Shown here: positions 37,753 through 54,218 of the stretch, in pieces
How positions within the stretch are numbered: the stretch's first letter is position 1
Layout of the letters: each line of letters begins with the position of its first letter
NCBI GenBank assembly: GCA_951406725.2
Contig: OX597818.1
Span: 116,312,001 to 116,376,000 of the forward strand
Length of the DNA stretch: 64,000 nt
Origin: Octopus vulgaris
Taxonomy: Eukaryota
Direction: 5' to 3'
The notes under the pieces: generated by a model
Seen by the model: the letters and a program-made list of their open reading frames with translations, nothing else
Databases searched by the model: none
Told to the model about the DNA's origin: nothing
Translations under genes and position numbers: made by a program

Positions 37753-39062
37753 TCACGATGATCTTTCTAACATTGTTTCCTTCATAAACTTTATCAACTC
37801 TAATCTGATATTATTTTAAAAAATTAATTACCATCTATTGTTGATGATTACCTCGTTAACTCCCTTTTAACTAATTCTGTAACTCGGTATCTGTAAACTT
37901 GTCGCCCCGGAAAGGGTGCATTTAATTCTACCAATCGGGCTCATGTCCATGTAACCTATGTTGTCCGTGCAAATCACAGCTCACAAAGGTTTTGTCTGTT
38001 GATCCGACCAAGTAGAATTGAATAACCCCTAATGTTCTTTGTAAAATAAGTACTAGTCACGTGCTGGGGTCGATGTAAGCGGTTAACCCAGACCCCACAC
38101 TCCGAACTTTAGGCCTTAGTAGAATAGATTATAAATCAAAAACAAAATTTAGAGTCGACACTGAATCAGGAATCAGGGTACGAAGACACTCGTCGTATTT
38201 GGTTCGTCGTCAAAAATCGCACTTGGCTATGGAGTTCATACTTCCTTTGCACCTCAGATGTTGGATTCTTCCTTTGCAAAAAAGAACCTCACGAGTCTCA
38301 GTAAACTAATTTGGTGTAACGTATATAGATATTAATAGTTTAACCAAAATAATTCTTCAATTAACATGCGCAAACGTCAATACTTTATACGCTAATCGTG
38401 CATTACTTTCCTTTTATACTGATTTTTAAAGCAATTTGTCTGGTGCTTTTTAGAAAGCAGGTGAAACCAACGCACTTAGACGCTCGTTCTGTGGATATTC
38501 CGATCTTTATTGTTTCATCAACTGAAAATGTAGTCCAATATGTGTTGTGTGGTTTTTTTCTTTCACACATTTAAACATTAATAGAGAGACGATTGAAATC
38601 AATATAGTCACAGAATGAATGAAAATAACGAGCAGTTGATTTATAGCAAATATTTGATCTTACGAAATTATAATGTATAGTAAGGAGAAATATATAATCG
38701 CAGATTGCGGGATGTGCAGTAGATATCAATTACTCCATTGAAATAATAATATACATGTCAAGCGAAGGACTAACAATATTGAGCAAGAATCTATCATAAT
38801 GTGGTATATTGCTTATTTATGAAATCTGTTTCTCATTATAATAATGGTATTTCACTAAATTACAAGGTACTGCACATGAAGTATTAAGCAATCACGCTTG
38901 GAATATTAATAATAATATGGAGTCAGTTCTCTTTGAAAAAGAAAAGAAGTATTACTGCTCGGTTATTATCTCATATTGTGATTTTCTGTTCATTTTCAAT
39001 AATCTAATCGCAAATTTAATACACTTGAATTGTGCTATCAGATACGTATATACGTTCACACA

Positions 39063-39169
<107 letters not shown>

Positions 39170-39362
39170 ATACGACATGTATGTTACTGCGTATTTGAAA
39201 ATGATCATCGAAGTTATCAGCTCTAAAATGCTATGGATTAAATGAACTACGAAGACCAAATAATGAAAAGTGTTCTACAGTGTTCTACTTACAAGTTGTC
39301 AGTGTTTTGTATTAATATTTTATATAGCTTTTATTGTGGATAGCTTGCTCTTCAAACCAATG

Positions 39363-39451
<89 letters not shown>

Positions 39452-39459
39452 CGCACACA

Positions 39460-39539
<80 letters not shown>

Positions 39540-40062
39540 TACACACAAACACGCATACACAAACATACACATGCATGAACACATTTATATACTCATAGTG
39601 GCCATTGTGGCTGTCAGCAAGTAGACGGGTATGACAATTGCTGACAAGTCTTATCTCAGCTTATTGTCGACAATGGCTGTCAGCAATTTCCGCGCTGAAA
39701 TTTAAAGTCAATAACAGTTTGTAAAACATCATCGTTAAAACTCTCACCCACAAAGCTAAGCAGTCGAGAACCAAATACGATCAAAACCTCGAGCGTCGTA
39801 TTGAATTTTCTTCTGGAGAGATGTCTAAACAAAGACAGGGTGTTCTCTCACTCCTAGATGTTGCATGGTCACTGGCCTTACTGAGGTCATCCACTCTTTG
39901 ATGGGTGTTGTTTTTCATCCTGCACGATATCCAATGAAAACTGCACTTCTTACTAAGTGGCCTTGGTGGGGTTGTCGGTTTATGTAGTCTACAACTCGAC
40001 CATGACACATGTTGTGGTGGGTTACAAGTTGGGACACATACATATATACACACATACACACA

Positions 40063-40240
40063 AGTTGACCACCGACGTTGGTTTGTTTACGTGCTCTTAG
40101 CAGCCCGGCAAAAAGGGAATAATAGAATGAGTACCACACTGGATTAAAAAAAAACCTATGGGGCGATTTATTCGGCTAAACCTTTCAAGGTATTGCCCCA
40201 GCATGGCCGCAGTCCAGTGTCTGACACAAGAAAAATATAA
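40063..40240 (+). mobile_element. SINE family C 3' half (diverged)
   Basis: CCGACGTTGGTTTGTTTACGT...CGGCAAAAG...GCCCCAGCATGGCCGCAGTC. Confidence 0.7.
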
Positions 40241-41814
40241 AGCGCAAGGAGAAAAGAAAGACATCAATTAATGTATACACAGTAAATAGTTTTTAGAAAA
40301 ACAAATTACATAATTCATTTACTCTCATATATACATTTATAATTCGAATGTACATATATACTGCTGCGTCTTGGGGGAGTCATTACGCTAGTAAGACACA
40401 AGACATAACAGATTTTGCTGCAACACACGAATTCCCATAAAAAAATCTTATAAAGCAAATAGAAAACAAAATATACTTACACGTATATAATACATTTTTT
40501 ACTGTTTCTTTTAAACTTTTTCGAAATATGTCGCCATTTGTATTCTGTATTTATATGTTAGAGTAGGTGTATATCTCATGTCTTACACAAATCCTATGTA
40601 CAACAGACTAAAAGCAAATTAATTGTATTCGATTATATGAAGGAAATTATTATTCAGTTTTCATTTTAGTGATTATATATTTTATGATTAATGGAAATAT
40701 CACATTACATAATTTAATATACATAGGAACAAACGTCTCCGATATATATATTATCGTATATCACATACAGTAATTTGTACAAGCTGTTATGAATTTTGAA
40801 TTATTTCACATAATGTTTTATTGAATTAGTCAGTAACGTATGACATCTAGATGTTACGTCATTCACTAGTTCTCATCGTGTTATGATTACCGTAATAATC
40901 ACTCTTTCACGAAATAGAAGTAGGTATTTATGATTTTGGTTCATAAAGGAACATACCCAATATATTTTGCAGGGGTTAATCGACCTGTATTTAGAGCAAC
41001 AAGTTAAATTACAAAATTTGTTAGCAGTGCTGTTTTGTCTTTCATTCTCACCACGTTATTTTTTCATTTAAACTGGAGCTTTCTTGTATTTATGTAGTTT
41101 CTCAATTTTCACTTGTGCGCAATGTTTTCGTCAGAGGAGACGTCGATATCTATCAACGCGGTAATATTTTTGTCTTCCAGTCCTTCCTTACTGAATGTAT
41201 TCTGGACGGTGTTACTTGATCTTCTTGTTAGCATGGAAATGTACGTATTTTTAGTATTGCTTGTCAGTTTTCATTGAGAAGTGTTAGCCTTTGGTCTAAT
41301 GGACATAGCTACTAGCTTAATTATGTCTCCATATGTATCTGAACTCTAACGTGGGAGGTGATGTTTAACTCTGGCATATTTTACATGTTGCTTATTCTAA
41401 ACTATTTTGAGCACCTCATTTGCCATTTTTATTGTATTTATATAATTTCAATGTTCTAGTTGGTTATGGTTGGGTATTGATCTTCAGCAGTTTCTAGCAC
41501 ACGACACATCTTTGCATACAATACAAACAGGTCGAGCCATTGTTAGTTTCTATTTTCGTTTAAACTCTCATCCTGTTCAGCCTTATAGAGTATTGGCCAT
41601 GGAGTTGTAATACCTGCAGTTATTCTTTATATAACGCATTAAACTTCGTTCATATCTAAGTCTGTTATTTCAGACTAACTGATTTCTCGTTTATATTTTT
41701 TGTTTCTTTATATATATAATCTTTTCTACTCAAGGCACAATTTTGGGTGAAGGGGCCAGTCAATTAGATCTACCCCAGTACGCAACTGGTACTTAATTTA
41801 TCGATCCTGAAAGG

Positions 41815-41883
<69 letters not shown>

Positions 41884-41961
41884 TTGTTATTGTTATTATT
41901 ATTACTATTGTTATTGTTATTATTATTATTATCATTATTATTATTATTGTTGTTGTTGTTG

Positions 41962-42016
<55 letters not shown>

Positions 42017-42017
<1 letters not shown>

Positions 42018-42177
42018 GAGTGAGAGAGCAGTACATGCCATCGAAGTGACACTGGCGTAAAATATACGAAGCCCAGCATACCCATCATGACTACACATCT
42101 GATAAGAGTACACCAGGCACATGCATCACAACCATATGTGCGCGACATGGTGATCTCATATCAACATAAACAGCACA
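42017..42177. mobile_element. 160-bp cassette inserted in (TTA)n, probable 3' end of a TAA-targeting retroelement
   Basis: Complex sequence with TTA repeats on both sides; no ORF recognised. Confidence 0.5.
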
Positions 42178-42209
42178 TTATTATTATTGTTATTATTTTT
42201 TAAAAATTA

Positions 42210-42280
<71 letters not shown>

Positions 42281-42283
<3 letters not shown>

Positions 42284-42712
42284 TAGTTTTATTTTTTATA
42301 GTTTTATTTTTAGTGCTTTCACTTCACTACCGAGCGCAGCTCTGTGTGCCTTGGGTATGTGCTGTGATTTGTTGTGATGCTCTGATGGTTATTGTATGGA
42401 AAGTGTTCTGCGTAGGATGTGTGCAGTGCCTAGTAGTGCAATTTTCTGTATGTTATATGTGTTTGTAAGTCCTGGTGTTTTTGTTATGTATTTGTCTGAA
42501 TATTTTTTTATCATGCCTAATGCACCTACTATGATAGGAATTGTTTCTGTTTTCAGATTCCACATTCTAGTTACCTCTATTTCCAGGTCTTTGTATTTTG
42601 AGAGTTTCTCCATTTCTTTTAGAGACACGTTGTCATCAGCCGGTATTGATACATCAATTAGAAAGCATTTTTTTCTTCATGGTCTCTGACAACTATATCT
42701 GGTCTGTTGGCC
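42281..42712 (-). mobile_element. R4/Dong-like RLE non-LTR retrotransposon 3' fragment
   Basis: ANRPDIVVRDHEEK/CFLIDVSIPADDNVSLKEMEKLSKYKDLEIEVTRMW..IPIIVGALG..QKIALLGTAHILRR; (TAA)n on both flanks. Confidence 0.92.
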
Positions 42713-42776
<64 letters not shown>

Positions 42777-43473
42777 GTTGTTGTTATTATTATTATTATT
42801 ATTATTATTGTTATTATTATTATTATTATTATTATTGAGTTTTGACACAGATTGCTCTGAGAAATTAGAAATCTTCGAAAGCGTAGCTTAAAAAATAGAA
42901 GATAGAAAATGAAATCTGTTGAATAATTTTTTTTTGTTTATCTGCTGTTAGAAATCCGTCTGGAATTCTTTGAAGAGCTCCCCAAACTAGAGAAGACATA
43001 AGGTTTGTCATTTTGGACATTTTTGAGCAGAGTTTTATTTTTCAAAATTCAGAATCGTATAACTTCCCTCTAGAAAACAACAACACACTCGAAAAAGAAA
43101 TGAATGCAATAGAACTGAAAATTAATACACAAACATGAAAATAAATTTAATTCTACGGAAGGACCTGTACATTCAACAGAAAAAAAAAGTGCCAAACATT
43201 TTGACAGGTAGAAACATTAATTCCAACATCACCAACTCACCAACGCTGTATTTCACGACATTACGTTTCAGGAGTGGACGTTTGGCTAAGATAATCGCTC
43301 CGCAACCCTCTGGGTCTGGGTTCGGTCTCACTGCATGTCCACTACGGTAAGTATCTATTTCTATACTACCGGACACCGACCAATACATTTGTTAAACGAA
43401 AACTGCAGAAGTGTGTCTATGTATATTTATGTACACACGCCGTGGCACACACACACAAATACACACACACACA

Positions 43474-43554
<81 letters not shown>

Positions 43555-44038
43555 TTGAGTGATATTTCACTGTCCTTTACGTTTCTATGTTCGTTAACGC
43601 TTCCTAGACCGTTGGTGCAAGGACAACAAAGCTGAAACCAGCAACTCCCCTAATCCGAAGGAGTACCTATGGGGTCTATTGGTCTATTGATTTGAAGGGC
43701 CGCCTAATTGAGGCCACACTGATCCCTAATTTTACTGCATTTTAAACTAAATACATGGCATTAGCGACCAAATCGGAACAATGACAATGAATTTCGTGCC
43801 ATGAACTCGCAGGAATTATGGTAACGAGGTTCAATTTCTAAAGGCCTGCTTAAAAGGGGCCCCACTGACTACCCTATTTTTTCAGCATTTACCTCGCTTC
43901 TAAGATTGTTGATTAAACTATGATTAGCATCAGTGCTTAGCACATTTGCAGAAACTAGTATTGAACTTGCCCTTGGGGCGACATTCTGGCTAGTATACCC
44001 ATGGGTATGAGTAAGTATTTTACTTATATCTCACGTAT

Positions 44039-44099
44039 TTATCGCTGAAGAGGGGAAAATTCTTATCAATTAACCCCGAAATTGGGACCAACACGGTAA
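44039..44099 (+). ncRNA. Type I hammerhead motif with one core substitution (U16.1 to C)
   Basis: UUAUCG CUGAAGA GGGG-[18 nt]-CCCC GAAA UUGG-GA-CCAA CA CGGUAA. Confidence 0.7.
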
Positions 44100-44289
44100 T
44101 AACGGATTTTTTAGAAATTTCTATCGGTTTGTTTCGAGACGCATAAATGGTTATTGACAATTTTTGTCTTCTTTTCGGCATTAGAATTTTTCTTTTGCCC
44201 TTATTTTTGTAAATTATTTATAAATTTAACCTTTAAAGGTTGGCCATTGATAAAAATTTTTTCCCGAAAAAATTTTTATCCTAAATTAG

Positions 44290-44338
<49 letters not shown>

Positions 44339-44341
<3 letters not shown>

Positions 44342-44587
44342 TCATGTAACCGACTAGGCTATCAGATGTTGTTACACAACATGCTGGTCGCTATGCCCTT
44401 TCAAATGACCGGCTTCCTCGCTGGGTAGGCGAGCGGGCCAACAATCCTCGTTGATCATAAGGGAGACTGGAGCAACGTGAAAGGAAGTGTTTTGCTCAAG
44501 AACACAATGTGCTGCCCTGTCAGGGAATCAAACACACGATCTAGCAATCGTGAATGCCACAGCCTAATCACAAGGCCACGCACCTTC

Positions 44588-44588
<1 letters not shown>
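44339..44588 (-). mobile_element. SINE head B + tail T3
   Basis: Head GAAGGTGCGTGGCCTTGTGATTAGG...GTTCTTGAGCAAAACACTTCCTTTCACGTTGCTCCAGTC; tail homologous to 14321-14440. Confidence 0.75.
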
Positions 44589-44645
<57 letters not shown>

Positions 44646-44728
44646 GGTCCCGGGTTGATTCGGGGTTAACCACAGTAAATAAGGTACTCAATACATAGCA
44701 GAGTAAAATTAATTTATTATATAGAAGG

Positions 44729-44779
44729 AGCTTCTACAGGACTAGAACTGTTTCATTCAAGAGAAATCTTCAGGAAGCT
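44729..44779 (-). ncRNA. Type I hammerhead ribozyme motif (complete core, weak stem II)
   Basis: Minus strand: AGCUUC CUGAAGA UUUC-UCUU-GAAU GAAA CAG-UUCUAGUC-CUG UA GAAGCU. Triplet GUA; U-U at the first stem II pair. Confidence 0.75.
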
Positions 44780-45009
44780 AGTTAACAAGAATTGTATTGG
44801 CATTTATACATTTAGGCAGGTTTATAGGGGTGGTGGTGGGGGACTTTTGGGGGTAGGCATAGCGCAAAAAAATCATACTTGGGGGAGTGGTCAAGGAGTC
44901 AGTGGTAAATTAGATAGAAGAATAAATAAAAGAATAAAAAAAGAATAAAAAAATATAAAAATATATAGAAGAATAGAGTTTTAGGTAAATAAGGAAATTC
45001 TCACTTATA

Positions 45010-48035
<3,026 letters not shown>

Positions 48036-48039
48036 TGTG

Positions 48040-48257
48040 CGTCTATCTGTGCTTGTCCTCCCACCATCGTATGACAACTGATGTTGGTGTGTTTACGTCC
48101 CCGTAACTTACCGGTTCGTCAAAAGAAACCGATATAATAAGTACTAGGCTTACAAAGAATAAGACCTGGGGGTCGATCTGTTCGACTAAATCTGATGCTC
48201 CTGCATGGCCGCAGTCATATGACTGAAACAAGCAAAAGCATAAAAGAATAAAAGAAT
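48040..48257 (+). mobile_element. SINE family C 3' half
   Basis: GTGTTTACGTCCCCGTAACTTA...ATAAGTACTAGGCTTACAAAGAATAAG...GCATGGCCGCAGTCATATGACTGAAAC. Confidence 0.85.
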
Positions 48258-48310
48258 GTCTATATTTCTAACCGATTGAAACATACGTCATCGTGCACCT
48301 TAAAAATACA

Positions 48311-48341
<31 letters not shown>

Positions 48342-48523
48342 GGATTATGTACAATATGTTTTGAGTTGAAAGTTTAACGATGCATTTCCGAGTCTGAAAA
48401 GAACTGCAATATGATATACAGTGCTACCAAATCTCTCAACATATCCTTTCAAATGGATAAAATGCGCGAAATGTGAATAGTGTTCCCCACTTCATAAATA
48501 CTTTCTCCTATATCAGATAGTAT

Positions 48524-48833
48524 GAAGGCGCTTGGCTTAGTGGTTATGGTTTTCGGCTCATGATCGCAAGGTCGTGAGTTCAATTCCCGGCGTCGCGTTA
48601 TGTCCTTGAAGAAGACACTTTATTTTATGTTGCTCTGATTCACTCAGCTGGCAAAAATGATTAGTACCTGTATTTCAAATGGGCAACCTTGTCACACTCT
48701 GTGTCACGCTGAATCTCCCTGAGAACACGTGTCTGTGGTGTGCTCAGCCACTTGCTCGTTATTTTCACGATCAAGCTGTTTCGTTGATCGTATCAGCTGG
48801 AACCCTCGTCGTAACCGACGTAATGCTCCTTCC
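48524..48833 (+). mobile_element. SINE head B + tail T1 with target-site duplication
   Basis: GAAGGCGCTTGGCTTAGTGGTT...GAGTTCAATTCCC head; flanked by TAT(A/G)TCAGATAGT direct repeats. Confidence 0.88.
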
Positions 48834-49458
48834 TTATGTCAGATAGTGTTGGCTAATTGAAACCTGTACAGTACTTAGTCTTTAAAATTAACCTAAACAA
48901 AATATTCCATTTACGATGTTTGGTTGAATGAATATGCACTGTAAAAAGCATTTTCCCCTCAAACTTTCCAAAGACTGTGATTTTCATCGAAATTCTAATA
49001 ATTTATATTTTTCGCAATCCATCTTCATAAAGTTCAATGTTTCAAACTATCTTGATTTCCTTTTGTCAATTTTTTTTAAACAAAACGATAACGTGCTTAA
49101 ATGAATTAAGCGAATGTTTAAGGTTTATGTTTCGAAATAATTAAAATAATTTTTTACAGACGAATGAGTATTCCTTCCATTGTATCTGCTACATCGTTAA
49201 AACCTGGGAAGATCAATTAATTATTAGCTCAACTGATCTAATATAATGGCTATCAATCATTCATTGCAAAGACTGTAGTCATTTGCGGTAATTCCTTAAC
49301 TGAAGATATTCAACTAAATCTACTGCATCATCAAATATTTTATGCTGCACAGGATGTAAAAAGATCTGACTACACACTTTCCTAAATAACTGCATTCACC
49401 ATTAAGATGTAAAGAAATATAACATCACATCTAGTACTTGGCTAATATTTTATGTTAA

Positions 49459-49685
49459 GAGGCGGCGAGCTGGTAGAATCGTTGGCACGCCGGCGAAATG
49501 CTTAGCGGTGTTTCGTCTGCCGCTACGTTCTGAGTTCAAACTCTGTGTGAATGATGTGTAATATTCAGTAACACTCATTTACATTCTGATTTAAAATCCC
49601 ATTCTGGTCATCTTAATCGTTTAGGGTTCCAGAGTCGTTAAAATACAATAATGATATATATGTATATATGTGTGTGAGAGAGAGT

Positions 49686-49725
<40 letters not shown>

Positions 49726-49856
49726 AGTGAGGAGTGATGCAAAAGATAAGAGGCAAAGGCAACCTCGGCGGAATTTGAACTCAGAATGTAGCGGCAGACA
49801 AAATACTGCTAAGCATTTCGCCCGGCGTGCTAACGATTCTGCCAGCTCGCCGCCCT
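49459..49856. mobile_element. Two oppositely oriented SINE D heads (49459-49543 plus; 49741-49856 minus)
   Basis: GGCGGCGAGCTGG(T/C)AGAATCGTT(G/A)GCACGCCGG...GTTCTGAGTTCAAA on both strands. Confidence 0.8.
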
Positions 49857-50532
49857 CCCAGCCAAGTAATATTACAACAAAGATGCTTTGGAGGAGGCGA
49901 GTATAGGCACGAAAACCGAATTGATAATGTCGAGTTAATAATATCAATATTCACTAATAGTTATTTATAATAGGAAAATTAAGACTGAAGTCATGGTTTA
50001 AGAAAGAAGGAAATAAATGAAGGAAAATATACCCCGGTTAACATTCTGAATATAATGAAGCTTAGTTTTATTTTCATGCATTATTACTAATATTTGACAA
50101 TTCATTTGAAGGTAAAAAAAGTAAAATAACCGATATTAAGTTTTATGATATATGGAAAAAAAGACCATGCATAGTTTCGTATTTTGCTTGATAATGTTAT
50201 TGATATTGTATGCTACATAAATATTTTATAAATTGAAGCGCTTGTTTCATGAAAAATACTGTCGCATCACGTGGAAATGTATTCACATGCGGAAAGATAT
50301 TGAGACATTTCTTCTAACTGCATCACAAGGAATATACTTATACTCTATATATGCATGCATGTATGTATGTGTGTGTGTATGTATGCATCTATGCATTACG
50401 TATGTATGCATGTATGCATGCATGTATGTATGCATGTATGTATGTATATATGTGTGTAATTATGTATATATATATATATATGTGCATGAATATATATGTA
50501 CGTATATATGTATATATATATGTGTATATATC

Positions 50533-50563
<31 letters not shown>

Positions 50564-50620
50564 GCGTGTATATATGTTTGTGAACATGCATAAACATATA
50601 TGTACATATGTGCATAAATA

Positions 50621-50672
<52 letters not shown>

Positions 50673-50763
50673 ATGTGTGTGTGTGTATGTATGTGTAATA
50701 TGTACATATATATATGTGTGTATGTATATCTATCAATCTAAATGTATATATATATATAATTAT

Positions 50764-50794
<31 letters not shown>

Positions 50795-51399
50795 CATATA
50801 TTTATACATATACATATATTTATACATATAAATATATATTGGCAGAAGATAGATAGTAGATGGATAGAGAGGAGAGAGATAGAGAGATAGAGAGAAAGAG
50901 AGAGAAAAAGATATGAATACATATTGGGGTTTTTCTGTGTGTATATGTTATACACTTATTACTTTTCAATTGATAGCGATCGTGAGCTATATTGTTTACA
51001 AAGCAGCGTGGTAATAGAAACGAATCGATCTATAAAGAAGCAGAAAAATGATGATGGCGGCGGTATGTATGTCAGCCTGTGCAGAAGTAATATCTAGATA
51101 TATTGTTTAATGTTGTATGCGTTAGAACGAGCTATTCTTTTTAGTTTACATGTATTGGAAAAATATTGTTCTGAATATTTGATTAACGAAACTTGTTTGT
51201 AGGTTGAATCTAATTGGACATTTCGAAATATCGTATATATTTGATTGGATTTCCCTTATATGTTTGTCTTATATGTAATATATTGAAGTTTTCAATAACA
51301 TACGTCCGACACATATAATTCTTCCTCTGCTGTTTCATCTCAGTAGTACTGTATGGGCGGTTTACTATGGTGTAAATACATATTCAATAGGTTTATATA

Positions 51400-51474
<75 letters not shown>

Positions 51475-51476
<2 letters not shown>

Positions 51477-51786
51477 GTCCAGATACTGCAACAGCTTGGG
51501 TTTCAGAGGACCACAGCTCTTTAACATCCTCCCTAAATGCCTGAGAGACTTACATGGTGTGGATGTGGGTTTCTTTAAAACTAAACTGGATCTCTTCTTG
51601 TTGGGAGTCCCAGATGAACCTACCTCACGACAGGAGACACGGATGCGGGCAGCAGCATCGAACTCCCTTGTTGATCAAGTGCCACGTATCAGAGGTGGAT
51701 TTACAAATTAGTGTAGCTCATTCAGCGGTGGTGCCCCAGCATGGCCGCGGCCTTCGGGCTAAAACATTTTTAAGGATTTAAGGATT
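51475..51786 (+). mobile_element. CR1-like LINE 3' fragment in (TA)n
   Basis: RYCNSLGFRGPQLFNILPKCLRDLHG..FKTKLDLFLLGVPDEPT; paralogous to 6730-7010; 3' UTR GGTGCCCCAGCATGGCCGCGGCCTTCGGGCTAAAAC. Confidence 0.9.
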
Positions 51787-51787
51787 T

Positions 51788-51833
<46 letters not shown>

Positions 51834-51916
51834 ACACGGATAAGCACGCACAAATGCATCTACGCTCACACACACACATATCTATATGTGTATATATCTA
51901 TCTATATATTTATATA

Positions 51917-52020
<104 letters not shown>

Positions 52021-52308
52021 TACATGTATATGCATGTGCATATATACTTTAAGGGTTAAGAAACAAAAGCTTCAGTTCCCATAAAAATCAACCCCTAAAA
52101 ACCATATGACAGCGAGAAGTATAATATGAAGGACATACAGGAATATGAATGAGAAAGATGGAAAATTGAGTGATGGTGAAGGGGTCCCATAACTATCATA
52201 TTTCAACATTCATTCTTCCTTAGCAGCAAGTAATTGAAGGAGATCTGGATACTTATAATAAAAGTTAAACAATAATGCCGGTGTAATTATCGTGTAATAT
52301 ATTTAATG

Positions 52309-52357
<49 letters not shown>

Positions 52358-52454
52358 TAATAATAATATTAATAATATTAATAATAATGATAATAATTAT
52401 AATAATAAAACAAACAAACAACAAAATAAAACCAACATAATTATTATTTTTTTT

Positions 52455-52602
52455 TTGACATTCACTAGTACAACACTAAATACAAAACCAAATATATGGC
52501 ACACTAGGCATAACAACAACATGGACTTCCAACCTGTTGTCTCTTGAGGTCTCTGGGTGAGACTTGGAGCCAACTAGTACAAATGTAAAGCAAAAGTCAA
52601 AC

Positions 52603-52604
<2 letters not shown>
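52455..52604 (+). mobile_element. Cassette between (AAT)n tracts, probable 3' UTR of a Dong-like family
   Basis: Complex sequence ending AAAAGTCAAACAT directly into (AAT)n; an AAT tract also lies upstream. Confidence 0.5.
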
Positions 52605-52674
<70 letters not shown>

Positions 52675-52680
52675 CAACAA

Positions 52681-52958
52681 CGACAGGTTAGCTTGGGAAG
52701 TGAAGCAATTGTGGTCGATGAAAAAGGTAGCAGTATATCAATAATTGTCGGAGCCCTGGGAACATTGAGCAAAAATCTCGAGAAGTACGTAGAACAAGTA
52801 GGGGCTGCAATAAGGTTGGAGTCCTTCCAGAAAACAGCACTGCTTAGAAGCGGTCGAATACTCCGGAAGGTGCTCGAAATATAAGAGGTGTTACCTTAGT
52901 TCATTGGTAGTGAACAGCTGACACCGTAGTACATCAGCGTTAGAAGCTGTGCAAAGGC
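52681..52958 (+). mobile_element. R4/Dong-like 3' fragment (second subfamily)
   Basis: DRLAWEVKQLWSMKKV/IIVGALGTLSKNLEKY...QKTALLRSGRILRKVLEI*; (AAT)n on both sides. Confidence 0.85.
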
Positions 52959-52974
52959 TATAATAATAATAATG

Positions 52975-53028
<54 letters not shown>

Positions 53029-53043
53029 GTAGTAGTTGTAGTT

Positions 53044-53134
<91 letters not shown>

Positions 53135-53279
53135 GGATAATAATCATAACAACAACAAGAGCACTCAGATAGTAAACATCTCCACGTCCTCTAAACGTTC
53201 AGTCAGAGATGAATTCTAAAATGAGAATATCTGAAATAAGCTCGATTGCTTTCGCAAACGAAAATACTAAACATGAATC

Positions 53280-53432
53280 CGACTGCTCTCAAACTTTCTC
53301 TCACTCTTTCCTCCTGCATCTTGCAGCTCACCTGCGACGGACCGGCGTCCTGTCCAGGTGGGGAACCTATACGCCAAGGAAACCGGGAAACCGGCCCTTA
53401 TGAGCCAGGCATGGCTCGAGAAGGAACAAACA
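53280..53432 (+). mobile_element. SINE body/tail fragment (A-like body, T2-like tail variant)
   Basis: ACTTTCTCTCACTCTTTCCTCCTG...GAAACCGGGAAACCGGCCCTTATGAGCC. Confidence 0.65.
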
Positions 53433-53977
53433 AAGAACACACACACACACATACATATATATTTATATATATATACATATATATATATATATCGTTCGTA
53501 TTTGCATTTGGTTCAATAGTATACATATATATGTATACATGTGCGTCTGTGTGTGTGTATAAATATGGGTGGGTGCATGCGTGTGTGTTTGCGTATAAGG
53601 GAGTATCCTCCCTGTAATAATGTCCTAATGTTCTATTGTTTTTGCCCGATTTGTATATATATACTTGATGAATTCTAAATCTATAGAATGCAGGTGTATA
53701 CGTCCCTCTACAATTTTTACTTACAAACCTCGAGCTTGTAGAATCGGTAGCGCATCGAAGAAAATGCTTAGCGGTATTTTCTCAGCGAAATCTGTTTCAA
53801 GATACCAGTTCACATCAAAAATCTTTCGAAGCAAATGCAAGAACGAAATAATATTTCTGTTAACAAAAAAACACAACAAAAAACAAAAAACAAAACTATA
53901 TAGAACATCAACTGAAAATCACATTAAGTAAGAATTTACACTTGCAATTCTTTTAAGCATTGTAGTAGGTCGTGTAA

Positions 53978-54218
53978 GATACCTATTTCTTTACTACCCA
54001 CAAGGGGCTAAACATAGAGAGGACAAACAAGGACAGACAAACGGATTAAGTCGATTACATTGAAACCCCAGTGCGTAACTGGTACTTATTTAATCGACTC
54101 CGAAAGTATGATAGGCAAAGTCGACCTTGGCGGAATTTGAACTCAGACCGTAGCGGCAGACGAAATACTACTAGGCATTTCGCCCGGCGTGCTAACGTTT
54201 CCGCCAGCTCGCCACCTT
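53978..54218 (-). mobile_element. SINE family D monomer
   Basis: Head plus one body unit of the 16581-17347 array. Confidence 0.9.

Larger units (their letters stand above)
41817..42836. repeat. (TTA)n array interrupted by two insertions
   Basis: TTA runs at 41817-42016, 42177-42280 and 42713-42836. Confidence 0.95.
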
